A DNA stretch of 64,000 nt from Candidatus Iainarchaeum sp. GTDB taxonomy: Archaea > Iainarchaeota > Iainarchaeia > Iainarchaeales > UBA10219. The notes under the pieces were generated by a model. It saw nothing but the letters and a program-made list of their open reading frames with translations, was not told where the DNA came from and did no database searches. This document shows positions 9,011-18,419 of this stretch, in pieces (position 1 is the stretch's first letter; each line of letters opens with the position of its first letter). The DNA lies in NCBI GenBank assembly GCA_018304425.1, contig JAGVWE010000005.1, positions 128,001 to 192,000 on the forward strand. Reading direction: 5' to 3'. The position numbers and the translations under genes were made by a program.

Positions 9011-11638
9011 ATGGCGTTCGACCACAAGGAAATCGAGAACAAGTGGCAGCGGTTTTGGGCCGAGGCCACGGTTTTCGAGGTAACCGAGGACCCCGAGAAA
9101 GACAAGTACTATGTCTTGGAGATGTTCCCCTACCCCTCGGGAAAGCTCCACATGGGGCACGTGAGGAACTACGCGATTGGCGATGCGCTGGCGCGGTTCA
9201 AGCGCATGCAGGGCTTCAACGTCTTGTACCCCATGGGGTATGACTCGTTTGGCTTGCCGGCGGAGAACGCCGCCATCGAGCACAAGGCCAACCCCAGGCT
9301 GTGGACGTACGAGAAAATCAACCAGATGCGGGGCCAGCAAATCCAGATGGGGTTCAGCTATGACTGGAGCCGCATGGTGAAGACCTGCGAGCCCGAGTAC
9401 TACAAGTGGAACCAGTGGATTTTCCTCAAGCTCATGGAAAAAGGCCTGGCCTACCGGAAGAACGCGCCCGTCAACTGGTGTGAGAAGTGCCAGACCGTGC
9501 TGGCCAACGAACAGGTCGTCAATGGCAGCTGCTGGCGGTGTGGAACGGAAGTTTCGGAGAAGGCGCTGGAGCAATGGTTTTTGAAGATCACCGCGTACGC
9601 GGACGAGCTACTGGCCGGCATTGACAAGCTCACGGAGTGGCCGGAACGCGTCCGCGTCATGCAGCAGAACTGGATCGGGAAAAGCGAGGGCGTTGAAATC
9701 TTCTTCAAGGTCAAGGACTCGCATCACGTCATCAGCACCTATACCGCCCACTGGAACACGATTTATGGGGTCACTTTCCTGGTGCTGGCCCCGGAGCACC
9801 CGCTGGCGCTCGAACTGGTAAAGGGGACGCCGAAGGAGAAGGACGCGTTGAAGTTCATTTCCGAAATGAAGTGGCTGTCGCACATCGACCGGGTCAACCC
9901 GGACAAGGATAAGTTGGGCTTCGATTTGGGCGTCAAAGCCATAAACCCAGTCACAGGCAGGGAAATCCCGGTCTTCCTGACGAACTTCGTGCTCATGGAC
10001 TATGGCACGGGCGCCGTGATGGGGACGCCGGCGCACGACCAGCGCGACTTCGAGTTCGCGAAAAAGTATGGCTGCGAAGTCAGGGTCGTTGTCCAGCCCA
10101 GGGACCGGAAACTGGCTCCTGAGTGCATGGAACGCGCCTTCGTCGACGAGGGAATCATGGTCAACTCGGGACCGTTCAACGGCTTATCGAGCGCGGAAGC
10201 TATGCCCAAGGTGGCCACGCACCTCGTCAAGGAGCGGCTGGCCAAGCGCGCGGTCAATTACAAGATACGGGACTGGCTGGTTTCCAGGCAGCGGTTTTGG
10301 GGCACGCCGATTCCGGTCGTGTACTGCGATAAATGCGGCGTGGTCCCGGTTCCCGAGGACAAGCTACCGGTCAGGCTCCCGGATGCAGCGGAATTTGGCT
10401 TGGTGGGAAACCCCTTGCAGCACGTGAAGTCCTTCGTCGAAACGACTTGTCCGAGGTGCAGGGCCAAGGCGCGGAGGGAAACCGACACCATGGACACCTT
10501 TGTGGACAGTGCCTGGTATTTCCTGCGGTATTCTTCTCCCCGGGAGGCCAAAAAACCGTTTGACGAGAAGAAGGTCTGGCAGTGGATGCCCGTGGACCAG
10601 TACATTGGCGGCATCGAGCACGCCATCCTGCACCTCCTCTATGCGCGGTTCTTCACCAAGGCCTTGCGGGACCTCGGCCTCTTGGAGGTGGACGAGCCCT
10701 TCCAGCGGCTGCTGGCCCAGGGCATGGTGTTGAAGGACGGCGCGAAGATGTCCAAGAGCCTGGGCAACGTAGTGGACCCGGGCGAGATCATCGAAAGGTT
10801 TGGGGCCGACACCGCACGCGTGTTCATCTTGTTCGCGGCCCTGCCGGAAAAGGAATTCGAGTGGAGCGACCAGGGGGTTGAATCCGCACGGAGGTTCCTG
10901 GAACGCGTTTACCGCCTGGTGGAAGCCAGCAAGGGCGGCATGGCCCGGGGCGAGGCGAAGGAGAAAGACCTGGCCCAGTCCGAGCGGCTGCTGTTGTCGA
11001 AGGCGCATCGCACCATCCAGCGGGTCACCGAGCACATGGAGAACATGCGGTTCAATTACGCGCTTCAGGCGCTCATGGAGTTCGCCAACGACCTGGGCCG
11101 GCTGGAATGCAGGGATAGGAACGTGAAGTGGTTTGCGGTGCGGAGCCTGGTCCAGATGCTCTCTCCTTTCGCGCCCCACCTGGCCGAGGAACTGTGGCAG
11201 TCAACCAAGGAAAAGGGTTTTGTGTCGCTGAGCAAGTGGCCTGCCTGTGATGCGTCCAGGATTGACGTGGGGGCAGAAACCGCGGAAGCCTTCGTGGAAA
11301 GTGTTAAAGCGGACTTGAAGAATGTGTTGGCGCTCTCGAAAATCCAGAAGCCAAAGGCAGTTTACGTCTTTGTGGCGGCCAAGTGGAAGGCAACCGCCCT
11401 TGCCGTGGTACGGGAAGCCTGCAAGGGCAAGCCCGATGTGGGGTTGGCCATGAAGGCCTTGATGGCCCGGCCTGAGTTCAAGGCCCAGGGCAAGCAAATC
11501 GAGGCCTTTGCCCGGGCCGCGGCAAGAAAGGCAGGGGAAACCGGCAAACCCGTGGCATTGGATGAGTGCCCTTCCCGGGACCCCTTGAACAAGGCCCGGA
11601 ACGCCTTCCCCTTGAAGCCCGCCATTTACGTGGAGTGA
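9011..11638 (+). CDS. leuS: Leucine--tRNA ligase, bacterial-type core with archaeal-type C-terminus
   Basis: [33 protein letters not shown]; ends in KPAIYVE. Confidence 0.97.
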   Translation: MAFDHKEIENKWQRFWAEATVFEVTEDPEKDKYYVLEMFPYPSGKLHMGHVRNYAIGDALARFKRMQGFNVLYPMGYDSFGLPAENAAIEHKANPRLWTYEKINQMRGQQIQMGFSYDWSRMVKTCEPEYYKWNQWIFLKLMEKGLAYRKNAPVNWCEKCQTVLANEQVVNGSCWRCGTEVSEKALEQWFLKITAYADELLAGIDKLTEWPERVRVMQQNWIGKSEGVEIFFKVKDSHHVISTYTAHWNTIYGVTFLVLAPEHPLALELVKGTPKEKDALKFISEMKWLSHIDRVNPDKDKLGFDLGVKAINPVTGREIPVFLTNFVLMDYGTGAVMGTPAHDQRDFEFAKKYGCEVRVVVQPRDRKLAPECMERAFVDEGIMVNSGPFNGLSSAEAMPKVATHLVKERLAKRAVNYKIRDWLVSRQRFWGTPIPVVYCDKCGVVPVPEDKLPVRLPDAAEFGLVGNPLQHVKSFVETTCPRCRAKARRETDTMDTFVDSAWYFLRYSSPREAKKPFDEKKVWQWMPVDQYIGGIEHAILHLLYARFFTKALRDLGLLEVDEPFQRLLAQGMVLKDGAKMSKSLGNVVDPGEIIERFGADTARVFILFAALPEKEFEWSDQGVESARRFLERVYRLVEASKGGMARGEAKEKDLAQSERLLLSKAHRTIQRVTEHMENMRFNYALQALMEFANDLGRLECRDRNVKWFAVRSLVQMLSPFAPHLAEELWQSTKEKGFVSLSKWPACDASRIDVGAETAEAFVESVKADLKNVLALSKIQKPKAVYVFVAAKWKATALAVVREACKGKPDVGLAMKALMARPEFKAQGKQIEAFARAAARKAGETGKPVALDECPSRDPLNKARNAFPLKPAIYVE

Positions 11639-11641
11639 AGG

Positions 11642-12544
11642 ATGCCCATGTTACTGCAAGCAAATGGTGACCTAGCCGCCCAGAATTTGCTGAACTTGTT
11701 TGGCTTGAATTCCCTGGGCCAGCTCGCGCTCAACGCGGCTTTCATGGTCATGGTGTTGGTGGTGGCCTATCTTTTGCAGGCCGTCCTGGCCTGGTTCATT
11801 GACTGGAATTTTTCGGCCAAGTCCTTCATCGGGCGGCGGCGAAAAATCACGGAGTTTGGCTTGAAAATCGCCAAGCGGTTCACGACGTTTTTCATCTACT
11901 TTGTCGCGCTGGCGTTTATCCTGGGCGCCTACAACATCGACTTGACTGCCATCATCGCCGTGCTGGGCGTGGGAGGCATTGCCGTGGCCCTCGCCGCCCA
12001 GGAAACCCTTTCAAACCTGATTGCGGGCTTCGTGTTGTTGACCGACAAGCCGTTCAAGGTGGGCGACCGGATTTCCCTGCGGTCCAGCGCCCAGCAACGC
12101 AAGGAAGACGATGCCGACGAGTGGGGGTACGTCATCGACATCGGCTGGAGGAGCACCCGCATCCGCACCAAGGAAAACATTTACCTCACCATTCCCAACG
12201 CGGAGTTGACGAAGCGGGAAATCTATAACTACACCATCAAGGACCCGACTTACCGCCTGTGGATGCCCCTGCAGATAAGCTATGAAAGCGATTACGACAA
12301 GGCCAAGGCCCTGTTGCTCCAGGCCTGCCGGGAAAGCCCCTTCGTCATCCAGGGAAAGCGGAACGAGGCCGTCCACAAGGGCTTTGGCGATTCCGGCGTC
12401 AAGCTGATGCTGCGGGTGTGGATTAAGAATGCCGAGGAACGCGGCCAGGCCCGGAGCGACCTCTACGAGCGCATCCAGCGGGCGTTCAAGGAAAACGGCA
12501 TAGTCATCCCCTATCCGCGCATTCAACTCGTGCAACAAAAATAG
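11642..12544 (+). CDS. mscS: MscS-family mechanosensitive channel
   Basis: GVGGIAVALAAQETLSNLIAG, KPFKVGDRI, IGWRSTRIRT, IPYP. Confidence 0.92.
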   Translation: MPMLLQANGDLAAQNLLNLFGLNSLGQLALNAAFMVMVLVVAYLLQAVLAWFIDWNFSAKSFIGRRRKITEFGLKIAKRFTTFFIYFVALAFILGAYNIDLTAIIAVLGVGGIAVALAAQETLSNLIAGFVLLTDKPFKVGDRISLRSSAQQRKEDDADEWGYVIDIGWRSTRIRTKENIYLTIPNAELTKREIYNYTIKDPTYRLWMPLQISYESDYDKAKALLLQACRESPFVIQGKRNEAVHKGFGDSGVKLMLRVWIKNAEERGQARSDLYERIQRAFKENGIVIPYPRIQLVQQK

Positions 12545-12556
12545 CTGGTGTCTGGA

Positions 12557-14278
12557 CTACATCCGTTCCAGGACGTCGATGGCCAGCAGGTGCAAGGCGT
12601 TCTGCAAGACGATGGACACGGCTTCCACGAGCGCCAGCCGGGCTTCCATGGTTTGTGTTTCGGCTTGCAGCACCGGCACCTCATGGTAGTAGGCGTTGAA
12701 TTCCGAGGCCAATTGCAGGAGGAACTGCGCGATTTTGTGGGTGGTGACAGCTGCCAGGGAGTCGTGCACGACCTGGGGATAGCCTTCCAGGAGGGCCAGC
12801 AGGCGCTTTTCTTTCTCGTGGGAGAGCCGCACATAGTCGACTTTTTTCGGTAGCTTGCCGGCCTTGGCAAGGATGCTTTTTGCGCGCGCGTACGCGTAGA
12901 GGAGGTAGGGCCCGGTTTCGCCGTCAAAGGAAATGCTTTCCGATGGGTTGAAGACCATGTCCTTGACCGGGTCGACGCGCACCATGTAGAACTTGAGCGC
13001 TGACAAGGCGATGACGTTGGCGCGTTCGTTGAGCTCCTTTTCCTTGAGGTCAGCGTAGCGCTTGCGCAGTTCCTCCTTGGCCAGAAGCTCGAGTTCGTCG
13101 AGGAGGTCGTCGGCGTCAACCACGGTCCCTTCTCGGGACTTCATCCTGCCTTCGGGGAGGTTGACCAGGCCATAGCTCAGGTGATAGAGCCGTTCCGCCC
13201 ACGCGTGGCCGAGGAGCTGGAGGCAGCGGAACAACTGCCGGAAGTGCAGGTTCTGCTCCGAGGCGACCACGTAAATGGCTTTGTCGAAATGGAATTCGTC
13301 ATAGCGGGCTTTGGCCAGGTAAAGGTCTTGGGTGATGTAGAGGCAGGTGCCGTCCGAGCGAAGCAGGTGCTTCTTCCCGAGCCCGTATTCCTCGAGGTCG
13401 GCCACGATTCCGCCCTTCTCGTCCCGTTGGAAGACGCCCTTGCCGAGGCCTTCCTCGACCATCTGCTTGCCCTGGTCGTAGAACTCGCTCTCATGGTATT
13501 CCTTGTCAAGCACCACGCCAAGGCGGCCCGTGGTCTCCTTATAGCCCTCAAGCACCCAGTCCAGCGTCTTTCGCCAGAGGGCGCGCACTCTCTTGTCGCC
13601 CTCCTCCCACTTCCGAATCATTTCGATGGCTTGGCTTTCGAGGGAAGGGTCCTTCGCGGCCTCCTTCACGAACCGCACATACCAGTCGCCCACGAAGTGG
13701 TCGGATTTGAGGGCCTCGCTTTCCGGAGTCTTTCCCTCGCCCCAGCGCTCGTAGGCCAGCATGGCCTTGCAGATGGCCGCGCCCCGGTCATTGTAGATGG
13801 TGGTGCGCACCACCTTGAAACCGTGGTTGGCAAAGAGGCGGTTCACGGCCAGGCCCAGGCAGATGTTGCGCAAGTGCCCGAGGTGCAGGGGCTTGTTGGT
13901 GTTGGGGCCATAGTACTCGTTGACAATGGTCTTGCCCTTGCCCGCCGAACTTGAACCGAATTTTTCGCGCTCTGACCGCACCTGCTGCAATACTTTTTCG
14001 GCGAGCGCCTGCTTTTGCACGAAGAAGTTGAGGTAGGGGCCGAAGGCCTTGGCCTCGCTGATGTCCGCGGGTTTCACGATTTTCTTGGCGAGCTCCTGGG
14101 CGATGACGGGAGGGGCTTTCTTGAAGGCGGCCGCGAGCTTGAAGCAGGGAAAGGCGTAGTCGCCGAGCTCGGGCTTGGGCGGCGCCTCCAGCAATCCCGC
14201 GACTTGGTCGGCCGGGAAATCCGGCAAGGCGATGGCTTTCTCCAGGGCCCTTGCGACTGCCTGCTTGAAGTCCGTCAT
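12557..14278 (-). CDS. argS: Arginine--tRNA ligase
   Basis: PNTNKPLHLGH, MKSREG, GETGPYLLY, ends in ERM. Confidence 0.97.
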   Translation of the reverse strand: MTDFKQAVARALEKAIALPDFPADQVAGLLEAPPKPELGDYAFPCFKLAAAFKKAPPVIAQELAKKIVKPADISEAKAFGPYLNFFVQKQALAEKVLQQVRSEREKFGSSSAGKGKTIVNEYYGPNTNKPLHLGHLRNICLGLAVNRLFANHGFKVVRTTIYNDRGAAICKAMLAYERWGEGKTPESEALKSDHFVGDWYVRFVKEAAKDPSLESQAIEMIRKWEEGDKRVRALWRKTLDWVLEGYKETTGRLGVVLDKEYHESEFYDQGKQMVEEGLGKGVFQRDEKGGIVADLEEYGLGKKHLLRSDGTCLYITQDLYLAKARYDEFHFDKAIYVVASEQNLHFRQLFRCLQLLGHAWAERLYHLSYGLVNLPEGRMKSREGTVVDADDLLDELELLAKEELRKRYADLKEKELNERANVIALSALKFYMVRVDPVKDMVFNPSESISFDGETGPYLLYAYARAKSILAKAGKLPKKVDYVRLSHEKEKRLLALLEGYPQVVHDSLAAVTTHKIAQFLLQLASEFNAYYHEVPVLQAETQTMEARLALVEAVSIVLQNALHLLAIDVLERM

Positions 14279-14314
14279 ACTCCATTCACCCGAGGAAGTT
14301 GTTTTAAGGGAAAG

Positions 14315-14389
14315 CGGACGTGGTGGGATTTGAACCCACGACCCTCAGCTTAGAAGGCTGACGCGCTATCCAGGCTGCGCTACACGTCC
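14315..14389 (-). tRNA. tRNA-Arg(TCT), no encoded CCA
   Basis: GGACGTG/CACGTCC acceptor stem; TCAGC-CT-TCT-AA-GCTGA anticodon arm; GTTCAAATC T-loop. Confidence 0.96.
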
Positions 14390-14442
14390 CTCCGACCAGT
14401 CAAAGAATTGACGCGAACAACCTATTTAAACGTATTTATCGG

Positions 14443-15444
14443 TCAATGAGGGGTTTTCCCGGTGTTGAAGACCTTGTTGAGTTTGTCTTTCACCGTGAAC
14501 TGGTGGGTTTTCACGTCAAACAACCAGACCCGGAGTTTGGGGTTGTTGAACACCGGGGAGAGGGGCGTGCTCCGGTCCTGCTTGTGGAACACTTTCTGGG
14601 TGGGGCGCCGGTGGGTGTTGAGGCTCCCGTCCGGCAAGACGAAAACGAATTCGTCCACGTCCACGGCATAGGCCAGTTTTTCCTTGAGCTTTCCCTCGCT
14701 GGGCCGCGTCAGCACTTCCACGCCCATGCGTTTGCCGTCAAAGGTCTCCACGAAGAAGTCGAAGCGGCCCTTGCGCGGGGTCTTCGCGCGCTCCTTTCGC
14801 AGCACGGTGGCTTTCTCGGCCACGACGTTGACGAGCCTCCGCTCGAACAAATGCATTTTGTTGAGTTCGTGCCGCGTGTAGAGGTGCATGAGGGGCGTCA
14901 AGTGGTTGCCCGGCTCCATGGAGGCCTTCTCGCCCTCCGAGTAACTGAACCGCACCGGGGCCTTGCAGAGTTTCTGGAGCAGGCCCTCGAATTGCCTGAG
15001 TTTTGGCTGGGTGCCTTCAACTACCACCATGTTGGAGAAGCCGTCCGCCATGTCCACGAACAAGCCGTTGTCCGCCTTGACGACGATGTCCGCGAAGAAG
15101 AGGTCGAACAAGACGTTGTAGTCCTTGAACAACGGGGCCAGGTTTTTGGCGTCCAGTTCCGCGGCCAGGCTGGTCTTGTCCTGGTAGGCGTCCAGGGAAG
15201 CCCTGCGGCGCAGGTGGTGGCTCTGGCAGAACCGGTTGAATATCTCTTGAATGCGTTCATGGGGGAGGTTCAACCGCGTGTAAATCCGGTTCAAGGGCTC
15301 CAAGCGGTTGATTTCGAGGCGGAGTTTCTTGCACCCCGTCTGCTGGAGGGCCTTCGGCAGGTAGGTCCAGAGAAAGTCGTAGACTTCCGGCCGGCCGTTG
15401 GCCGCCAGGGAAAACGTGAGGGTCACGAATTGCTTGGCCTGCAT
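14443..15444 (-). CDS. Hypothetical protein with C-terminal PD-(D/E)xK-like nuclease domain
   Basis: GRFDFFVE...MGVEVLT motif in the C-terminal half. Confidence 0.55.
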   Translation of the reverse strand: MQAKQFVTLTFSLAANGRPEVYDFLWTYLPKALQQTGCKKLRLEINRLEPLNRIYTRLNLPHERIQEIFNRFCQSHHLRRRASLDAYQDKTSLAAELDAKNLAPLFKDYNVLFDLFFADIVVKADNGLFVDMADGFSNMVVVEGTQPKLRQFEGLLQKLCKAPVRFSYSEGEKASMEPGNHLTPLMHLYTRHELNKMHLFERRLVNVVAEKATVLRKERAKTPRKGRFDFFVETFDGKRMGVEVLTRPSEGKLKEKLAYAVDVDEFVFVLPDGSLNTHRRPTQKVFHKQDRSTPLSPVFNNPKLRVWLFDVKTHQFTVKDKLNKVFNTGKTPH

Positions 15445-15622
15445 TCAACGCAATGGAATGGCAAAAGGATTTTAATGGGTTTACCCATGATTTTCCGTAA
15501 ACGCTTCCTTGTCCTGCCTTGCAGGACGATGCCCCCCAATGCAAGGCATTGGATGGTTGCCAAGGGCAAAAGGGTTTTTATAGGGTTCGTGCCTCAATTT
15601 GGGCAATCAAAGGGTTTTCTGC

Positions 15623-16495
15623 ATGAATTCCAGGCTCTGGCTCGCCATTTTCATGGTGTTGTTGTCTTTCCAGGTGGTGTCTGCCCTCCAGGTGCAGCCC
15701 GTCGAGGAGAACCCGATTCCGGGCATGACCAAGGCCGAGGCCCTCCGGATAACGGAAGTCATGCAGTCCAAGAACGCGGACTGCCGGTGGCGGTATGACA
15801 AGGCCATGGTCATCGACTACTTGTTGACCGGCAAGGGTTATACGTTCAAGACCGGGATTGGCCTCCAGGAATGCGTCCGGATTGCCATGGGCAAGCCCAT
15901 CGGGCCAGGCTTCACGCGGGGCATGGAAAAGGAGAAGCCGAAATTCGAGCGCAAGTCACCCATTGCCAAGCCCTTGACCGAAGAAGAAGTCCTGGCCAAG
16001 GAATTGAAGGTCAAGCGCGAGCAAGGCAAGCGCATTGCCAACGTCGTGCGCCGCTCGGACGCGGTGTGCCGCCGGCTCTACAACGAGGACGTCATGGCTG
16101 AATTCTTTGTCTCGGGAAAGGGCACGTCGGCCAAGGAAAGAAGCCTCGAACAATGCCTTGGTTTGGGCAAGACCCTTTTAGGGTATGAGATGGGAACCCT
16201 GACGGCGCCGGCCGCCACGTACGTGCAGAACCGGCCGCCTTCCAACAAGCCCGCCATCGAGTTGCCGGGAACCCTGCAAGACTGGCAGGTGTCGAGAATC
16301 ATTGACGCGGCCATGACCGCCCGCATTTCGGGCAAGGCCTGCCGCAACTACTACGACCGAGGGGAACTGAAGGCCGCGCTCCTGGATGGCGTGGCGCCCG
16401 CCCAGACCGCGGAACTCCTCCGGCAAGGCAACAACCCGGACGTCTTCGACTGCGTGAGAAACGGGCTGCGCATCTCAAACATCAGGGTACGGTAG
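15623..16495 (+). CDS. Secreted protein with three Cys-paired internal repeats
   Basis: Signal peptide MNSRLWLAIFMVLLSFQVVSA; repeats of RI...CR..Y.....G...C. Confidence 0.7.
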   Translation: MNSRLWLAIFMVLLSFQVVSALQVQPVEENPIPGMTKAEALRITEVMQSKNADCRWRYDKAMVIDYLLTGKGYTFKTGIGLQECVRIAMGKPIGPGFTRGMEKEKPKFERKSPIAKPLTEEEVLAKELKVKREQGKRIANVVRRSDAVCRRLYNEDVMAEFFVSGKGTSAKERSLEQCLGLGKTLLGYEMGTLTAPAATYVQNRPPSNKPAIELPGTLQDWQVSRIIDAAMTARISGKACRNYYDRGELKAALLDGVAPAQTAELLRQGNNPDVFDCVRNGLRISNIRVR

Positions 16496-17120
16496 AAGCC
16501 CCGAATCCGCTTGTCTTACGGGAAAACGAGTAGACCAGCCCCGCATACAGCAGGTCCCACCCCAGAATGGATGCGAAAAGGAAAGGCAGCAAAATGGATT
16601 CCTGGGCAACCGGTTTATACAAATAGAATGCGAGGCTCGCGGCAGCCGTTCCCAGCAATTTGAGCACCGCAATGGAAGCAGATTGGCCCCTCAAATTGCC
16701 GCGGTTCAACAGCATGGCAACGAACAACATGGACATCACCAGGTTCTGTCCGAAGGCAGCATACACGCCGTCAAAGTCGTGGAATTCTTGGCTGACCAAC
16801 AACACCAAGCCAAAGGCCGTGAGCAGGACCAGCACAAAGCATGCATAAAATTGTTGGGGGGAAAGACGGGGAAACTCGTTTCGCCCGAATTTCAGGAATT
16901 CCAATGCGATGAATACATCCAAAAAGAGCCATGCAACGTTGATGTAAAGCTGGGGGGCGGCCGGCGGGTACAGGAACGAAAAAATGAACTCCCAGGAGAG
17001 GTTGGCGCACAAGGCAAACAAGGGCATTCCATAGGTCTGGTCCTTGAAGCCCCGCCAAATAATTAGCAGGTAGGCAAGCGACCAAAAGAAGCCGCTCGCA
17101 TTCATCAATGCCTGGAACAT
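16482..17120 (-). CDS. Pyr4/PaxB-like transmembrane terpene cyclase family protein
   Basis: About 7 TM segments; W..AY...RGFKDQTYGMPLFALCANLSWEF motif and C-terminal WD; GGTGG SD before ATG 17120. Confidence 0.75.
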   Translation of the reverse strand: MFQALMNASGFFWSLAYLLIIWRGFKDQTYGMPLFALCANLSWEFIFSFLYPPAAPQLYINVAWLFLDVFIALEFLKFGRNEFPRLSPQQFYACFVLVLLTAFGLVLLVSQEFHDFDGVYAAFGQNLVMSMLFVAMLLNRGNLRGQSASIAVLKLLGTAAASLAFYLYKPVAQESILLPFLFASILGWDLLYAGLVYSFSRKTSGFGASTVP

Positions 17121-17143
17121 GGTGCAACCACCGGCGCATGACC

Positions 17144-17246
17144 GGCTGTGCCATACCCTGTATGGCACTTTTTCGCCAGCCTTTTGTAAAAAGGCTGTGG
17201 CATGCCTAGTATGCCACTTTTTCGCCAGCCTTTTGTAAAAAGGCTG
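17144..17246 (-). repeat. tRNA-associated double-hairpin element family A, two tandem copies (period 49 bp)
   Basis: Minus strand: CAGCCTTTTTACAAAAGGCTG-GCGAAAAA-GTG(G/C)CATAC-nnn-G(C/T)ATG(C/G)CAC twice, starting 3 nt after the tRNA-Gly 3' end. Confidence 0.92.
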
Positions 17247-17249
17247 GAG

Positions 17250-17320
17250 TGCAGCCGCCGGGGGTCGAACCCGGGTCGAAAGCTTGGGAAGCTCTCATCC
17301 TGCCACTAGACTACGGCTGC
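17250..17320 (-). tRNA. tRNA-Gly(CCC)
   Basis: GCAGCCG/CGGCTGC acceptor stem; TT-CCC-AA loop; GTTCGAC T-loop. Confidence 0.96.
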
Positions 17321-17376
17321 GTCCAGGGATTTTGGGCGGGGAATGGTTTTAAAGACAACGCCCTTACCCTCCTTGC

Positions 17377-18030
17377 ATGGCGAGGCTCTCCCCCCGAGAA
17401 GCGGCGGCCGAGGCCTTCAAGCGGCTCCACAAGGCGTATCCAGACGCCAAAGTCGAGTTACGGCATGCGAACCCCTTGGAGTTGCTGGTGGCAACCATGC
17501 TCTCCGCGCAGTGCACGGATGCCCGCGTCAACCAGGTCACGCCCGCGTTGTTCAAGAAGTATGGGTCGGCGGCCGACTACGCGAACGCGGACCTGAAAAC
17601 ACTGGAACGGGAAATCCATTCCACGGGGTTCTACAAGAACAAGGCCAAAAACATCGTGAACACGTGCAAGATAATCGTGGAAAGGCACGGCGGCCGGGTG
17701 CCGGAGTCGATGGCGGAATTGACGGAGTTGCCGGGCGTGGCGCGGAAGACCGCGAACATCGTGTTGGCGTCAGCCTTTGGAATCGTGGACGGCATTCCCG
17801 TGGACACGCACGTATGGCGGGTCTCGCAGCGGCTGGGGTTGACGAAGTTCGATGACCAGGACAAAATCGAGCGAGCCCTGTGCGCGTTGCTGCCGCGCGG
17901 GAAATGGTGGCCCTTTTCGACGCTGCTCATCTGGCACGGTCGCCATACCTGCATGGCCCGCAAGCCGGCTTGCAGCCGGTGCCCGTTGAACGACTTCTGC
18001 CCGCGCGTGGACGTGAGGGTGAGCGAGTGA
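17377..18030 (+). CDS. nth: Endonuclease III
   Basis: LSAQCTD, LPGVARKTAN HhH motif, VDTHV, C-x6-C-x2-C-x5-C FeS motif. Confidence 0.96.
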   Translation: MARLSPREAAAEAFKRLHKAYPDAKVELRHANPLELLVATMLSAQCTDARVNQVTPALFKKYGSAADYANADLKTLEREIHSTGFYKNKAKNIVNTCKIIVERHGGRVPESMAELTELPGVARKTANIVLASAFGIVDGIPVDTHVWRVSQRLGLTKFDDQDKIERALCALLPRGKWWPFSTLLIWHGRHTCMARKPACSRCPLNDFCPRVDVRVSE

Positions 18031-18356
18031 AACCGCCCCTTCGGGAAATCGAGGCCGAAGAGTTGGTCAAGCAATTGAAGTCCAAGAAGAGGCCGGTGGT
18101 GTTGGACGTGCGTTCCGTGGATGAATTCCTCGTGGACCACTTGGAGGGCGCGGTGCACGTGCCCGTGCAGGAACTGCAGGCCCGTGCCGGGGAGCTGGCG
18201 GCCTTCAAGGGCAAGGCCATGGTATGCGTGTGCGAGCACGGCCAGCGGAGCAGCATGGCGGCCGCCATCCTCTCCTGGATGGGCTTCCAGGGCGTGCAAA
18301 GCCTCCAAGGCGGCCTCGCAGAATGGCGGGAAAAGGGGCATAAGACGGTTAAATGA
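18027..18356 (+). CDS. Single-domain rhodanese
   Basis: LDVRS..EF..HLEGA, CEHGQRS active loop, LQGGLAEW; GTG start overlaps the nth stop. Confidence 0.9.
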   Translation: MKPPLREIEAEELVKQLKSKKRPVVLDVRSVDEFLVDHLEGAVHVPVQELQARAGELAAFKGKAMVCVCEHGQRSSMAAAILSWMGFQGVQSLQGGLAEWREKGHKTVK

Positions 18357-18419
18357 CCCTCCTGACCGGAGTTTTTAAGGCCCAAAAGGTTTAACTGCAC
18401 CTGAACGCAATTAGTTACT

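Noticed and set aside
17144-17246. Possible mini-CRISPR (32-bp palindromic direct repeats)
   Set aside because: Only two repeats. The 17-nt spacers are related to each other and are themselves hairpins, no cas genes are present, and the unit recurs at other tRNAs.
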